A program made the position numbers and the translations under genes. Of a DNA stretch of 64,000 bases, positions 29,235 through 39,041 are shown one piece after another. The DNA is taken from the NCBI RefSeq assembly GCF_051859145.1, contig NZ_JBHYGF010000001.1, positions 4,032 through 68,031 on the forward strand, in the 5' to 3' direction. Below the pieces are notes generated by a model, which was not told the origin of the DNA, made no database searches, and was given only the letters and a program-made list of their open reading frames with translations. How positions within the stretch are numbered: the stretch's first letter is position 1; each line of letters starts with the position of its first letter. Source of the DNA: Dyadobacter sp. GTDB lineage: Bacteria > Bacteroidota > Bacteroidia > Cytophagales > Spirosomataceae.

Positions 29235-29486
29235 TTACTGGGTTTTAGTGTTTTTAAAATGCTCAACAATTTTCGCGCCAATTGGGATTGCTTCCGGTTG
29301 TCTTCCTTCGGGGATTGACATCCAAACCTTACTGCCGTCAAAAACTCTTGATCTGCTGATCATCAATGATTTTCTTCCATCAGGAAAGTCCAGCTTGAAA
29401 ACAGTTCTACCTGCCATATCCATCACTTTGATGGCAACCATCATTCCTTCGAATTCTACCTCAAAGTCATCGGCCTGAAACAACAT
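29235..29486 (-). CDS. Small hypothetical protein coupled to SRAP
   Basis: 83 aa, stops 2 nt before the SRAP start; WMSIPEGRQ motif. Confidence 0.6.
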   Translation of the reverse strand: MLFQADDFEVEFEGMMVAIKVMDMAGRTVFKLDFPDGRKSLMISRSRVFDGSKVWMSIPEGRQPEAIPIGAKIVEHFKNTKTQ

Positions 29487-29597
29487 ATTTCAATTTTTTA
29501 AACTTAACATATAATTATATAGAGGATTATCTAATCAGTCAATGAGGCCAGTCGAGTTCCATGTGCATGATACCGGCAGTGCTAACCAGGTATACTA

Positions 29598-29774
29598 TTA
29601 CTTTCCTAAATAATCCCTCACTGCCTTTGCCGAACTCCCCACTTCTTTGACGGCTTCGGTTAATTTTTCTTTGGTGATACCCAGAGCCTGAGTCCAATAA
29701 GCAACTTCATAATCTTCGCTTAAATTAATACGGCTGCTGTCAGCAGGTCCTTGTTTGGTTTTGTCGTCTGCCAT
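29598..29774 (-). CDS. DUF3606-family small protein (missed by the ORF track)
   Basis: Manual translation MADDKTKQGPADSSRINLSEDYEVAYWTQALGITKEKLTEAVKEVGSSAKAVRDYLGK (58 aa). Confidence 0.85.
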   Translation of the reverse strand: MADDKTKQGPADSSRINLSEDYEVAYWTQALGITKEKLTEAVKEVGSSAKAVRDYLGK

Positions 29775-29884
29775 GTCTGTAATGGTTTGGTTGATACCAT
29801 TTTACATAAAAATCCATACCCGACAAGGCTGGCACGTGCTTTGATGTGTTTTGCTCACCTTTAAATGCTATTACATACAGAAAG

Positions 29885-32578
29885 ATGAGCCTTGTCAAAT
29901 ACAAAGAAAAACGGTCTACCCATAAAACCCCTGAACCGTTTGGCGGTAAGCCGGATAAAAATGTGCTTCGGTTTGTGATCCAAAAACACGCAGCATCACA
30001 TCTGCACTACGACTTCCGGCTGGAAATGGAAGGTGTTCTTAAAAGCTGGGCTGTCCCCAAGGGGCCGTCGATGGATCCGGAAGTAAAACGTTTGGCCATG
30101 ATGGTGGAAGACCACCCGTACGACTACCGGACTTTCGAAGGTTTCATACCCCAAGGGGAGTATGGGGGCGGCACCGTGATGGTTTGGGACGAAGGCATCT
30201 ACATGCCGGCAGAAGATCCAGGTAAAGACAAGAAGGCCAATGAGAAAAGCCTTTTGCACCAGCTTTACAGCGGCAAGATCAAGTTTGTGATGAGTGGGCA
30301 GAAGCTTCAAGGCCAGTTTGCATTGGTAAAAGCGCATGGGAGAGGGGAGAACGCCTGGCTACTGATGAAACTGGAAGACGAGTATGCGACAAAAGAAGAC
30401 ATTACACTGGAAGACAAATCTGTGATTTCAGGGCAGGATTTGGAGCAGATCGCCCAGACCGGCGAGAATATTTATGGGCAGCAGCCAAAAGAGAAAAGTA
30501 AACCTGCTTCAAAAAAGGTAGTTAAGAGAGCCCTTGAGAAACAAGTGGATCCGGATGATACCGATGTTCCTAAGGTCGAGCTGGATGTAAACGCTATTTT
30601 AAAGAAAGCCCCAAAAGGTAAGTTTGATACTAGTATCACGCCTATGCTGGCCACATTGGTGGACGCACCTTTCGATGATGCCGGTTGGCAATACGAGGTG
30701 AAGTGGGATGGCTACCGGGCACTTGCATTTATGAACAAGGGTGAGGCTGAGCTGAAATCACGCAATAACAAATCCTTTAACGATAAGTTTTACCCGGTCC
30801 TGGCGGCGATCAAAGCGTGGAACCTGAATGCGATCATAGATGGGGAGGTTGTGGTGGTCAATGATAAAGGGATTTCCAATTTCAACTCATTGCAAAACTG
30901 GCGAAGCGAAGCCGATGGAGAGCTGCTGTTTTATGTCTTTGATATCCTTTGGCTGGATGGTAAAAACCTGATGGGGCTTACGCAGAAGGAGCGGAGCGCG
31001 GTCCTTCTGACCCTGGTCCCGGAAAATGGCATCATCCGCAGCGGTTTCAGTGTAGAAGCAAGGGGTACCGAGTTTTTCGAAGTAGCAAAGGATATGGGGC
31101 TTGAAGGAATTATCGCCAAAAGATCCAGTAGCACTTATCTGACTGGTGACCGCTCGAAAGATTGGCTGAAAATCAAGGTGCAGAAACGCCAGGAAGTGAT
31201 CATTGCCGGTTATACCAAAAACGATGATTCACCCAAGTCCTTTAGTGCATTGCTCTTAGGGGCTTACAAAGATGGCCGCTTGCAATATGTCGGAAAGGTT
31301 GGAACCGGCTTTAACGACAAACAGCAAAAAGAAATGATCGCTCAGTTTAAACCCCTTATTATTGACAAAGCACCGTTTGAAGAAACGCCCGACTATAATA
31401 AACCGTCCCGCTTTCGGCGAAACCCGCCACACGCGATAGCGACCTGGCTGAAACCACAGTTGGTCTGTGAGATCAATTTTACCGAGATCACTGACGAAGG
31501 CGTGTTCCGGCATCCGTCCTTTCTGGCCATGCGGGAAGATAAAAATGCTAAAGACGTAACTATTGAAACGGCTTCCGATACAGAAGAAGTTGTTGAAAAA
31601 CCCAAAGACATAAATCTTAAAGATGTCGTCAAACCACCAGAAAAGCTGGACGGAAAAACGCTTCTTAACCCCAAGGAAAAAACACAGTGCAAAAAGCTTC
31701 AGGGGCACGAGCTCAAATTCACCAATCTGGATAAGATCTATTGGCCGGATGAGAAAATTACCAAGCGGGATATGCTAAATTACTATTATCAGGTTGCGCC
31801 GTTCATACTACCGTACCTGAAAGACAGGCCTGAATCGATGAACAGGCATCCGGGCGGGATCAAAGGGCCAAGTTTCTACCAGAAAGATGTTACTGGAAAA
31901 GTGCCTGAATGGATGAGCACGTACCGGTATCATAGCAATGATGAGCCCGAAGACAAGAATTATTTGGTAGCCAATGAGGAAGCAACATTGCTGTATATGG
32001 CCAATCTGGGCGCAATCGAAATTAACCCTTGGAGCTCGACAACTGAAAACCCGGACAATCCGACCTGGTGCATCATCGATCTGGATCCAGCTGATAAGAC
32101 AACCTTTGATCAGGTGATCCAGGCCGCGCAGGTCACAAAGAGTGTTTTAGATGAACTGGGCGTTCCCTCATACCCAAAGACGAGCGGTTCCACGGGCATC
32201 CATATCTATATTCCGTTTGGCGGCAAGTATACCTATGAGCAGTCCAAGGAATTTGCAAGAATCGTTGTGACCCTCGTGCATGACCAGATCCCGGAATTCA
32301 CCAGTCTGGAAAGGGCGATCAAATCCAGGAACGGGAAAATGTATCTGGACTTTCTTCAAAACCGTCCAGGGGCGACACTGGCTGCACCTTACTCGGTCCG
32401 GCCAAAGCCAGGCGCGACGGTATCAATGCCCCTTCACTGGGAAGAGGTAAAACCAGGGCTTAAAATGTCGGATTTTACGATCTTTAATGCGATGGAGCGG
32501 CTGAAAAAGCAAGGCGATCTTTTCAAGCCGGTATTGGGGGAAGGGATTGATTTGCACCAGATCGTGGGAGCGGACTAA
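29885..32578 (+). CDS. ligD: NHEJ DNA ligase D (phosphoesterase-ligase-polymerase)
   Basis: PE domain FVIQKHAASHLHYDFRLE, ligase EVKWDGYR and EGIIAK, polymerase DLDP and KTSGSTGIHIY; likely ATG at 29885. Confidence 0.95.
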   Translation: MSLVKYKEKRSTHKTPEPFGGKPDKNVLRFVIQKHAASHLHYDFRLEMEGVLKSWAVPKGPSMDPEVKRLAMMVEDHPYDYRTFEGFIPQGEYGGGTVMVWDEGIYMPAEDPGKDKKANEKSLLHQLYSGKIKFVMSGQKLQGQFALVKAHGRGENAWLLMKLEDEYATKEDITLEDKSVISGQDLEQIAQTGENIYGQQPKEKSKPASKKVVKRALEKQVDPDDTDVPKVELDVNAILKKAPKGKFDTSITPMLATLVDAPFDDAGWQYEVKWDGYRALAFMNKGEAELKSRNNKSFNDKFYPVLAAIKAWNLNAIIDGEVVVVNDKGISNFNSLQNWRSEADGELLFYVFDILWLDGKNLMGLTQKERSAVLLTLVPENGIIRSGFSVEARGTEFFEVAKDMGLEGIIAKRSSSTYLTGDRSKDWLKIKVQKRQEVIIAGYTKNDDSPKSFSALLLGAYKDGRLQYVGKVGTGFNDKQQKEMIAQFKPLIIDKAPFEETPDYNKPSRFRRNPPHAIATWLKPQLVCEINFTEITDEGVFRHPSFLAMREDKNAKDVTIETASDTEEVVEKPKDINLKDVVKPPEKLDGKTLLNPKEKTQCKKLQGHELKFTNLDKIYWPDEKITKRDMLNYYYQVAPFILPYLKDRPESMNRHPGGIKGPSFYQKDVTGKVPEWMSTYRYHSNDEPEDKNYLVANEEATLLYMANLGAIEINPWSSTTENPDNPTWCIIDLDPADKTTFDQVIQAAQVTKSVLDELGVPSYPKTSGSTGIHIYIPFGGKYTYEQSKEFARIVVTLVHDQIPEFTSLERAIKSRNGKMYLDFLQNRPGATLAAPYSVRPKPGATVSMPLHWEEVKPGLKMSDFTIFNAMERLKKQGDLFKPVLGEGIDLHQIVGAD

Positions 32579-32579
32579 T

Positions 32580-33356
32580 ATGAAAATCGCGACCTATAAC
32601 ATCAACGGGATCAATGGCCGGTTAGCCGTGCTGCTCAGATGGCTGGAAGAAGCGCGGCCTGACATTGTTTGTCTTCAGGAGTTGAAAGCGCCACAGGACA
32701 AATTTCCAAAGAAAGCACTGCTGGATGCAGGTTACAATGCCATTTGGCACGGGCAGAAGATGTGGAACGGCGTGGCTATCCTAGCAAAAGGCAAAGAATT
32801 GATAGAGGTCCGAAACGTTCTTCCGGGTGATGATCTTGATGATCACAGCCGCTATATAGAGGCGATTGTGGATCAAATGCTAATCTGCTGTCTTTACCTG
32901 CCGAACGGAAACCCGGCACCCGGACCGAAATTTGATTACAAGCTTGCCTGGTTTAAAAGGTTGAAAAAACATGCTAAATATTTGCTGTCAGAACAGGTAC
33001 CGGTCGTGCTGGCCGGGGATTATAATGTGATCCCAACCGAGCTGGACGTTTACAAGCCGGAACGCTGGGTGGATAACGCGCTTTATTTTCCGGAATCCCG
33101 CAAAGCATATAAGGAGCTTGTAAAACAGGGGTGGATTGATGCTATCCGGCACCTGCATCCAAACGAGCGGATCTATACTTTTTGGGATTACCTGCGAAAT
33201 GCATATGGTCGAAATGCCGGTCTGCGGCTGGATCATTTTCTACTGAGCCCCCAGATCTCTGGCAGACTTACAGCGGGTGGTGTTGACGCGCATGTCAGGG
33301 GATGGGAGAAATCCAGTGACCATGCACCGACCTGGATCGAAATCAAAGATTTATAA
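32580..33356 (+). CDS. xth: Exodeoxyribonuclease III (AP endonuclease)
   Basis: MKIATYNING, LQELK, YLPNG, GDYN, RLDHFL and SDHAP. Confidence 0.95.
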   Translation: MKIATYNINGINGRLAVLLRWLEEARPDIVCLQELKAPQDKFPKKALLDAGYNAIWHGQKMWNGVAILAKGKELIEVRNVLPGDDLDDHSRYIEAIVDQMLICCLYLPNGNPAPGPKFDYKLAWFKRLKKHAKYLLSEQVPVVLAGDYNVIPTELDVYKPERWVDNALYFPESRKAYKELVKQGWIDAIRHLHPNERIYTFWDYLRNAYGRNAGLRLDHFLLSPQISGRLTAGGVDAHVRGWEKSSDHAPTWIEIKDL

Positions 33357-33384
33357 ATTAAGTGTTTATCAAAATTTGAAAATT

Positions 33385-33567
33385 ATGCCCTGGTATCACG
33401 GCGATTTTCCGCCATCCTATAAAAACCAGCCAGTCAAATTAAGGGAAAAGGCGGTCGAAATTGCAAATGCTTTGCTGGAAGACGGGGCTGATGAAGGAGT
33501 CGCCATAGCTACTGGCCTGAAGCAAGCAAGATTATTTTTCAAGGCTAAGGAAAAAGAGAGACTCTGA
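33385..33567 (+). CDS. Small conserved hypothetical protein (DUF2188-associated type)
   Basis: MPW..DFP.SYKN....REKAVEIANALL.G..EG.AIA pattern; ATG at 33385. Confidence 0.7.
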   Translation: MPWYHGDFPPSYKNQPVKLREKAVEIANALLEDGADEGVAIATGLKQARLFFKAKEKERL

Positions 33568-33706
33568 TAAAGAACCCTTATAATGACCTTATCTTTGGAG
33601 AAGAAATCATTAAAATGGTCAAATGATTAAATTTCGACCATCAAGCAGGTTGTTTTCTGTAATTCAGCCGTAATATATATGCAGATGATTTTTGATGTAA
33701 ATAATT

Positions 33707-33997
33707 ATGAATAATCAAGATCAATATTTTAGGAAATTGCAACGGGATGGCATTTACCATTATGCCCATTTAATGGCTAATGGAACTCCACCGGTTTGCG
33801 AAGTCATAAATTCCCTAAACGCGGATCCAGTTATAGAACATCGTGAATACGATCTTTCGAAACCTGGCGACAGGATTGATTTAAAGGCATTTAGTGAAGA
33901 TTGGGATCCAATTTCGGTAGTGGAGTATAAAAAGGCATTTGGAGAAGCTACCTCGGGTGATTTTAAGGTATATATTGACGGCAAGTCGCAAGTCTAA
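33707..33997 (+). CDS. Hypothetical protein
   Basis: 96-aa ATG ORF in a gap; no recognised motif. Confidence 0.5.
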   Translation: MNNQDQYFRKLQRDGIYHYAHLMANGTPPVCEVINSLNADPVIEHREYDLSKPGDRIDLKAFSEDWDPISVVEYKKAFGEATSGDFKVYIDGKSQV

Positions 33998-34092
33998 GGT
34001 GTCGGTGATATGCTCAACCAAGAATAAAGTCAGAACTGGCAGAATTTCTCCCTGGATGTGGGTAGTGCAGGTTGCTATTGAATTTTTGCAAA

Positions 34093-34382
34093 TTACTTAA
34101 CAAAAAGCACTTGTTCCCCAGAAAAATTTGCTGTTTTGTAACTACATATTTTGATGATTTTATCAAATCGAAGACGGATATTAAGCCTGTCCTCCAATTT
34201 TCGTCCAGTCAGTAAAATGGAAATTTTAAGGCCGTCTTCGGTAATCTCGATCATTTCAACAGTATCCTGAGATAAGTAGATCGGGGCGTAATGAACCATT
34301 TGACCGTAATAAAGAAAATTATATTCCCCATAGATCATACAATGAACATCCCCTGTTGAAAGCTGGTCAATAAGCCCATAAA
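34093..34382 (-). pseudogene. 3' part of a hypothetical gene split by transposon insertion
   Basis: The ORF-track start lies inside the transposon IR; this part joins in frame to 42840-42872 once the transposon and one ATAAA copy are removed. Confidence 0.8.
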
Positions 34383-34420
34383 GGGGTTCCAATAGTTTTT
34401 GGACGAAATGTATCGGTAAG
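34383..34420 (+). repeat. Tn-A left inverted repeat
   Basis: GGGGTTCCAATAGTTTTTGGACGAAATGTATCGGTAAG; 36 of 38 match to the reverse complement of 42802-42839. Confidence 0.95.
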
Positions 34421-34498
34421 AGATTTCCAAGTGATGAGCTACTCTTTGGCTAACCTGGATGTGTTTTCCTATTAATGGTATTTTTTCCTATCAGTGAA

Positions 34499-34855
34499 TC
34501 AACTATTAAAGGATAATCTATTTCCAAAAGGGTCAATTACATCCATACATAAAGTTTTTGAACTCCAAGGTGTTTTGCCCAAGCCTGGTCTATTGAATTT
34601 GTATGGTTTAGCTAATAGTTGTTTGTGGTAATCTCTAAGATTTTCAAACTTATCAATGTAAGCTCTTGCGCCCGGTGAACAGTCGCCATGATGTTCTGTC
34701 AAATGAAGAATAATGCTGTCAAGTGAGATTTGCATATAAATAGGGGCATTGTCCGGCTTATCTTCCCAGTCAATTTTAAAGCCCAGTCATCCTATATAAA
34801 ATTCAACTGCCTTGTTATAATCGAAAATTCTAAAAATAGGTGTTATTGTGGCCAT
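34499..34855 (-). pseudogene. Glyoxalase/VOC-family gene with nonsense mutation
   Basis: MATITPIFRIFDYNKAVEFYIG*LGFKIDWE...DPFGNRLSF; in-frame TGA at 34787-34789 where Trp is expected. Confidence 0.85.
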
Positions 34856-34955
34856 GATTGATCTTTAAAAATGATTGCGCCTGGTATAAGGATTTGTTAA
34901 AATTAATTAATGAGGTTCGCTATATCGAGTTGAAATGGAAATAAAGCGAAAAACA

Positions 34956-34977
34956 TATTTAAGTATTTGCTTAAATA
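34956..34977 (+). promoter_or_regulatory. Putative ArsR operator 1
   Basis: TATTTAAG-TATTTG-CTTAAATA inverted repeat just upstream of a -7-like TACACTTG (34990-34997) and arsR. Confidence 0.75.
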
Positions 34978-35001
34978 AGAAATAACTATTACACTTGTGC
35001 T

Positions 35002-35382
35002 ATGGAAAGTAATGATACATGTATACGGGTACTGGCAGACCCTAATCAGATAAAAGAGTGTAAACAACTATTGCAAGCGAACCAGGTCATTTTTACCGGA
35101 TTAAGCAATATCCTGGCGCTTGCTGGAAATGAAGTAAGATTAAAAATACTTTTCCTTTTAGAGGAAGAAGGAGAGCTGTGCCCTTGTGACCTGGCTGATA
35201 TTCTAAGCATGAGCATTCCGGCCATTTCACAACATTTGCGAAAAATGAAAGACGGTAGAATTATTAAAGCCCGTAAGGTAGCTCAAACGATATTCTACTC
35301 TATTGAGCCTAAGCATTTGGAATTATTAAAGCCTTTATTTTCACATATAACAGAGTCAAGCAAAAAAGCAGAACAGATATGA
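35002..35382 (+). CDS. ArsR/SmtB-family metal-sensing repressor
   Basis: RLKILFLL..ELCPCDL..SIPAISQHLRKM, an alpha3N-type Cys site. Confidence 0.93.
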   Translation: MESNDTCIRVLADPNQIKECKQLLQANQVIFTGLSNILALAGNEVRLKILFLLEEEGELCPCDLADILSMSIPAISQHLRKMKDGRIIKARKVAQTIFYSIEPKHLELLKPLFSHITESSKKAEQI

Positions 35383-35996
35383 AAACAGAGAAATCAGGAT
35401 TAATGGGAGCGGGATTGTTATCGGCTGTAGCAGCATCGCTTTGTTGTATAACCCCTATTTTAGCCCTTGTTACAGGAGCTTCCGGGGTAGCTTCTACCTT
35501 CTCCTGGATGGAGCCTTTCAGACCTGTATTAATTGCCCTAACCCTGGCCGTGCTTGCTTTTGCATGGTACCGGAAATTGAAGCCTAAACCAATAAACGCC
35601 GTAGATTGTGCCTGTGAGGATGAAAAAAAACCTCCCTTCTTACAGTCTAAAAAGTTTCTTGGTATTGTTACGCTCTTTGCGGTGGCCATGCTTGCTTTTC
35701 CTTATTATGGCCATGTTTTCTATCCTTCCAAGGAGGTTCCGCAGGTGAGCACTTCGACTAATATAGTCCCCAAGAATTTTCAGCAAGTAAGTTTCAAAGT
35801 AAGGGGTATGACCTGCCAAAGTTGTGGAGAGCATATCGAGCATAGTGTTAATCAGCTGCCTGGGATAAATCACGTAAACGCTGATTTTAAAGAAGGTACC
35901 ACCGCTGTCCAATTTGACCCTGCTAAGACCAATAAAGAGCAGCTGGTACAGGCAATTAATTCGACAGGGTATAAGGTACAAACTGAAATTAAATAA
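35379..35996 (+). CDS. merTP: Mercuric transport protein, MerT-MerP fusion
   Basis: SLCCITP in TM1, three TM segments, C-terminal HMA GMTCQSC. Confidence 0.9.
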   Translation: MKTEKSGLMGAGLLSAVAASLCCITPILALVTGASGVASTFSWMEPFRPVLIALTLAVLAFAWYRKLKPKPINAVDCACEDEKKPPFLQSKKFLGIVTLFAVAMLAFPYYGHVFYPSKEVPQVSTSTNIVPKNFQQVSFKVRGMTCQSCGEHIEHSVNQLPGINHVNADFKEGTTAVQFDPAKTNKEQLVQAINSTGYKVQTEIK

Positions 35997-36011
35997 CTCT
36001 AAAAACGAAAA

Positions 36012-36349
36012 GTGATGATAAGTAAAGCAGTTTTAATAACGGTTGTTTCCGGATTATTCTTTGCCACCTCTCAAATGTGCGGTTGTGGATCATGTGAAGC
36101 AAAGGCATCAGAGACCCATGCCGATGTTCGTAAAACAGAAGTATTAGGGTTAAAGCTAACAGGTATAACTTGCGCAGGCTGCACAAGTCACGTATCCAAA
36201 GCTTTAAAAAGTCAACTGGGCGTACTGGAACAAACGGTGGAGTATCCGGGAGATATAGCTGTAGTAAAGTATGACCCGGAAAAAACGAGCCCGGAGCAAA
36301 TTATAAGTCGATAGAAAAGGCAGGCTATAAAGCTGTAACAGTTAAATAA
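36012..36349 (+). pseudogene. Secreted HMA-domain metal chaperone with a frameshifted C-terminus
   Basis: GITCAGC HMA motif; ORF stops at 36314 (IISR*) while the expected IEKAGYKAVTVK* is in another frame at 36311-36349. Confidence 0.65.
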
Positions 36350-36368
36350 ATCATCTTGAACTCCGATT

Positions 36369-38027
36369 ATGGAAAATAGAAAGATAGAAGTCGATATCAC
36401 AGGTATGACCTGCAGGCATTGTGCTGTAAGTATCGAGAGCCTTTTGAAAAATAAGGAAGGAATAACGATTGCCTCGGTAAACCACGAGTCCGGAAAAGGA
36501 GAAATTACCTTTGATGGGCAAATGACAACCGATGAAGACATTATCAGTACGATTAACAGTACGAAAAAGTATCAGGCTCGTGGTACAAGCTCGGTTCTTA
36601 ATGCTCCTGCAGAACCTACCTTTTATGACCTGATCATTATAGGAGGTGGTTCATCAGCTTTTTCGGCTGCAATTACAGCCCATGAGCTTGGTTTATCAAT
36701 TTTAATGGTAAACGCAGGATTGGCATTTGGTGGAACCTGTGTAAATGTGGGTTGCGTACCGTCTAAATTTCTTATTCGGGCGGGAGAAACGGCTTATCAT
36801 GCTTCTCATTCCAACTTTGAGGGAATCAGTCCTTACGGAGCAAGCATTGATTTTGCTAAAGTTATTCAAGAGAAAACGGAAATGGTATCCAGGATGCAGC
36901 AAAAGAAATACATGGATATCGTCAAAGACTTTGATAATTTCCGGATGGTCGAAGGATGGGCAGAATTCCTGGACACCAAAACCATTATCGTAAATGGAGA
37001 GACGAAATATTCAGCACTGAAATTTATCATTGCCACCGGCGCCACTACCAATATACCGAATATTGAAGGATTGCGGGAAGTAGGCTATTTGACGAATGTC
37101 ACCTTGTTTGACCTGGAAGAAAAGCCTGAAAGCTTAACTATCATGGGTGCGGGTTATATCGGTCTTGAAATTGCGATGGCTTATTCCCGGCTGGGAGTAA
37201 AGGTTCGAATCATCGAATTTACAGATAGAGTCCTACGCTCCCAAGCTCCTGATATTAGCCAGGAACTTCAAAAGCAGATGCATCTTGAGGGTATTGCGGT
37301 TCTACCAAACGTTAGAGCGCAAAAATTCGAAAAACAGGGATCTTCAACCTTAATTCATTGTAAAGACCCGGATGGAAAAGAAATTACCCTGGTTGAACCT
37401 GGCCATATTGTAGTTTCAACCGGTATCCGACCAAATATAAGCAAGTTAGGCTTAGATAGAATTGGCTTAGAAACCACTAAGAACGGACATATTGCAGTTA
37501 ATGAGTTGATGGAAACCAATGTCGCTAATATTTATGCTGTGGGGGATGTAATTAATACTCCCGCATATGTTTATACAGCAGCAGCAGAGGGCAAGATGGC
37601 TGTAGAAAATGCTTTTAAAGGTGCAGGAAGCAAGACCGACTATTCTTCCTTACCCTGGGTAGTATTTACCGACCCCCAAGTTGCAGGTGTTGGCCTTGAT
37701 GAAGTGGAAGCAGCGGCACTGGGGCTCCCTTTTGAAGTAAGTAAGATGCCACTAACGGAGGTTCCAAGAAGTCAGGCCGCCAAAGATACACGGGGTTTTA
37801 TAAAACTTATCAGGAACAAAGAAACAGATACACTGATCGGGGCACGGGTGGTAGCTCCCGAAGGCGGTGAGCTGATCATGGAGCTTACTTTAGCGGTCAA
37901 ATACGGTATCACGGTCAACGATCTGGCGAAAACCTTTCACCCTTATTTAACCCTTAGCGAGGGAATCAAACTTGCAGCTATCGCTTTTGGAAAAGATATT
38001 GCAACCCTTAGTTGCTGTGCTAGCTAA
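36369..38027 (+). CDS. merA: Mercuric reductase
   Basis: N-terminal GMTCRHC, GGTCVNVGCVPSK redox disulfide, HPYLT, C-terminal LSCCAS. Confidence 0.96.
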   Translation: MENRKIEVDITGMTCRHCAVSIESLLKNKEGITIASVNHESGKGEITFDGQMTTDEDIISTINSTKKYQARGTSSVLNAPAEPTFYDLIIIGGGSSAFSAAITAHELGLSILMVNAGLAFGGTCVNVGCVPSKFLIRAGETAYHASHSNFEGISPYGASIDFAKVIQEKTEMVSRMQQKKYMDIVKDFDNFRMVEGWAEFLDTKTIIVNGETKYSALKFIIATGATTNIPNIEGLREVGYLTNVTLFDLEEKPESLTIMGAGYIGLEIAMAYSRLGVKVRIIEFTDRVLRSQAPDISQELQKQMHLEGIAVLPNVRAQKFEKQGSSTLIHCKDPDGKEITLVEPGHIVVSTGIRPNISKLGLDRIGLETTKNGHIAVNELMETNVANIYAVGDVINTPAYVYTAAAEGKMAVENAFKGAGSKTDYSSLPWVVFTDPQVAGVGLDEVEAAALGLPFEVSKMPLTEVPRSQAAKDTRGFIKLIRNKETDTLIGARVVAPEGGELIMELTLAVKYGITVNDLAKTFHPYLTLSEGIKLAAIAFGKDIATLSCCAS

Positions 38028-38070
38028 ATATTATTTGCAGACCACCCCCTATAGCTGTTAAACTTGCCTT

Positions 38071-38475
38071 ATGGACATGCTACCTAAAGACTTAACACGA
38101 GACGTTAAAAATAGACTGAACACAATTAAAGGACAGGTGGAAGGCATTGTCAAAATGCTGGACGAGGGTAAAGACCCCCAGCAAATCTTAAATCAATTTA
38201 AAGCAGTTACGAAAGCCCTTGAAACAGCCCAAACTCTTCTTGTAGATGAAACCTTTCGAAAATCATTAGCTTCTAAGATTTCTGAAGTGATACAGGCCTG
38301 CCCCGGTAATTGTGGTCAGGAGCAAACGATAGAATCTTTGAGAGTTCAGTTTCCGACACTAGCTGAAGAGGAACTAACCCAAAAGATGAGGGAAATTCAA
38401 TCTGCTTACGAGCTGATGAATAAATTCAAAAAAGATTTGGAGACCTCCCCGGGTACCAACCGACCTTTGATGTAG
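38071..38475 (+). CDS. CsoR/RcnR-like metal-sensitive repressor (atypical)
   Basis: RLNTIKGQVEGIVKML..Q..AV..AL helical pattern with a C-terminal extension containing CPGNC. Confidence 0.75.
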   Translation: MDMLPKDLTRDVKNRLNTIKGQVEGIVKMLDEGKDPQQILNQFKAVTKALETAQTLLVDETFRKSLASKISEVIQACPGNCGQEQTIESLRVQFPTLAEEELTQKMREIQSAYELMNKFKKDLETSPGTNRPLM

Positions 38476-38490
38476 ATATTTAAATGCATT

Positions 38491-38760
38491 ATGAAAAGAA
38501 AGATAGAAGTATTTACAGCAGGTTGCCCGGTTTGCAAGCCGGTAGTAGAATTGGTTCAGTCGATGGCTTGCAGTAATTGCGAGGTAGAAGTATATGATTT
38601 ATCCAGGCAGACAGACCCGGAATTTTATACAGACAAGTTAAAGCAATATAAGGTAACTGTGCTTCCAACCGTTATTGTGAATGGTGAGAAGCTAGATATA
38701 GCTGAAGGCGGAATTACCAGGGAGCAATTAAGCCAGGCAGGAGTAGGACAATCAATATAA
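38491..38760 (+). CDS. Thioredoxin/glutaredoxin-like protein
   Basis: IEVFTAGCPVC, CSNC, VLPTVIVNG. Confidence 0.85.
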   Translation: MKRKIEVFTAGCPVCKPVVELVQSMACSNCEVEVYDLSRQTDPEFYTDKLKQYKVTVLPTVIVNGEKLDIAEGGITREQLSQAGVGQSI

Positions 38761-38766
38761 ATACAT

Positions 38767-39018
38767 ATGAAAAGAAAAGTTTTAGGATTAGTAACCGCTG
38801 TAATGTTTTTTACAGCAGGTTCAATGTATGCTTTTAGCCCCTTACAGGATAAATGCCCGGACAAAGGAACAGCTAAGTGTAAGCTGGTAAAGAACTGCCC
38901 GGATAAGGGTACTTCGAAGTGTAAGCTTGTAGATCAGAAGAAAGTAACTCTTCCTTCTTGCTGTCAAAAATCCCAAGAGACAGCTTCCGTTAAAAAAGCT
39001 TCTTCAAAGCTTAAATAA
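38767..39018 (+). CDS. Secreted Cys-rich small protein
   Basis: Signal peptide, tandem CPDKGT.KCKLV repeats, CC pair. Confidence 0.7.
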   Translation: MKRKVLGLVTAVMFFTAGSMYAFSPLQDKCPDKGTAKCKLVKNCPDKGTSKCKLVDQKKVTLPSCCQKSQETASVKKASSKLK

Positions 39019-39041
39019 GGGAGGCAAAACCCTTTTGAGAT

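Noticed and set aside
34383-34392. ORF-track start for the 99-aa ORF 34093-34392
   Set aside because: The TTG comes from the transposon IR; the real start is at 42872
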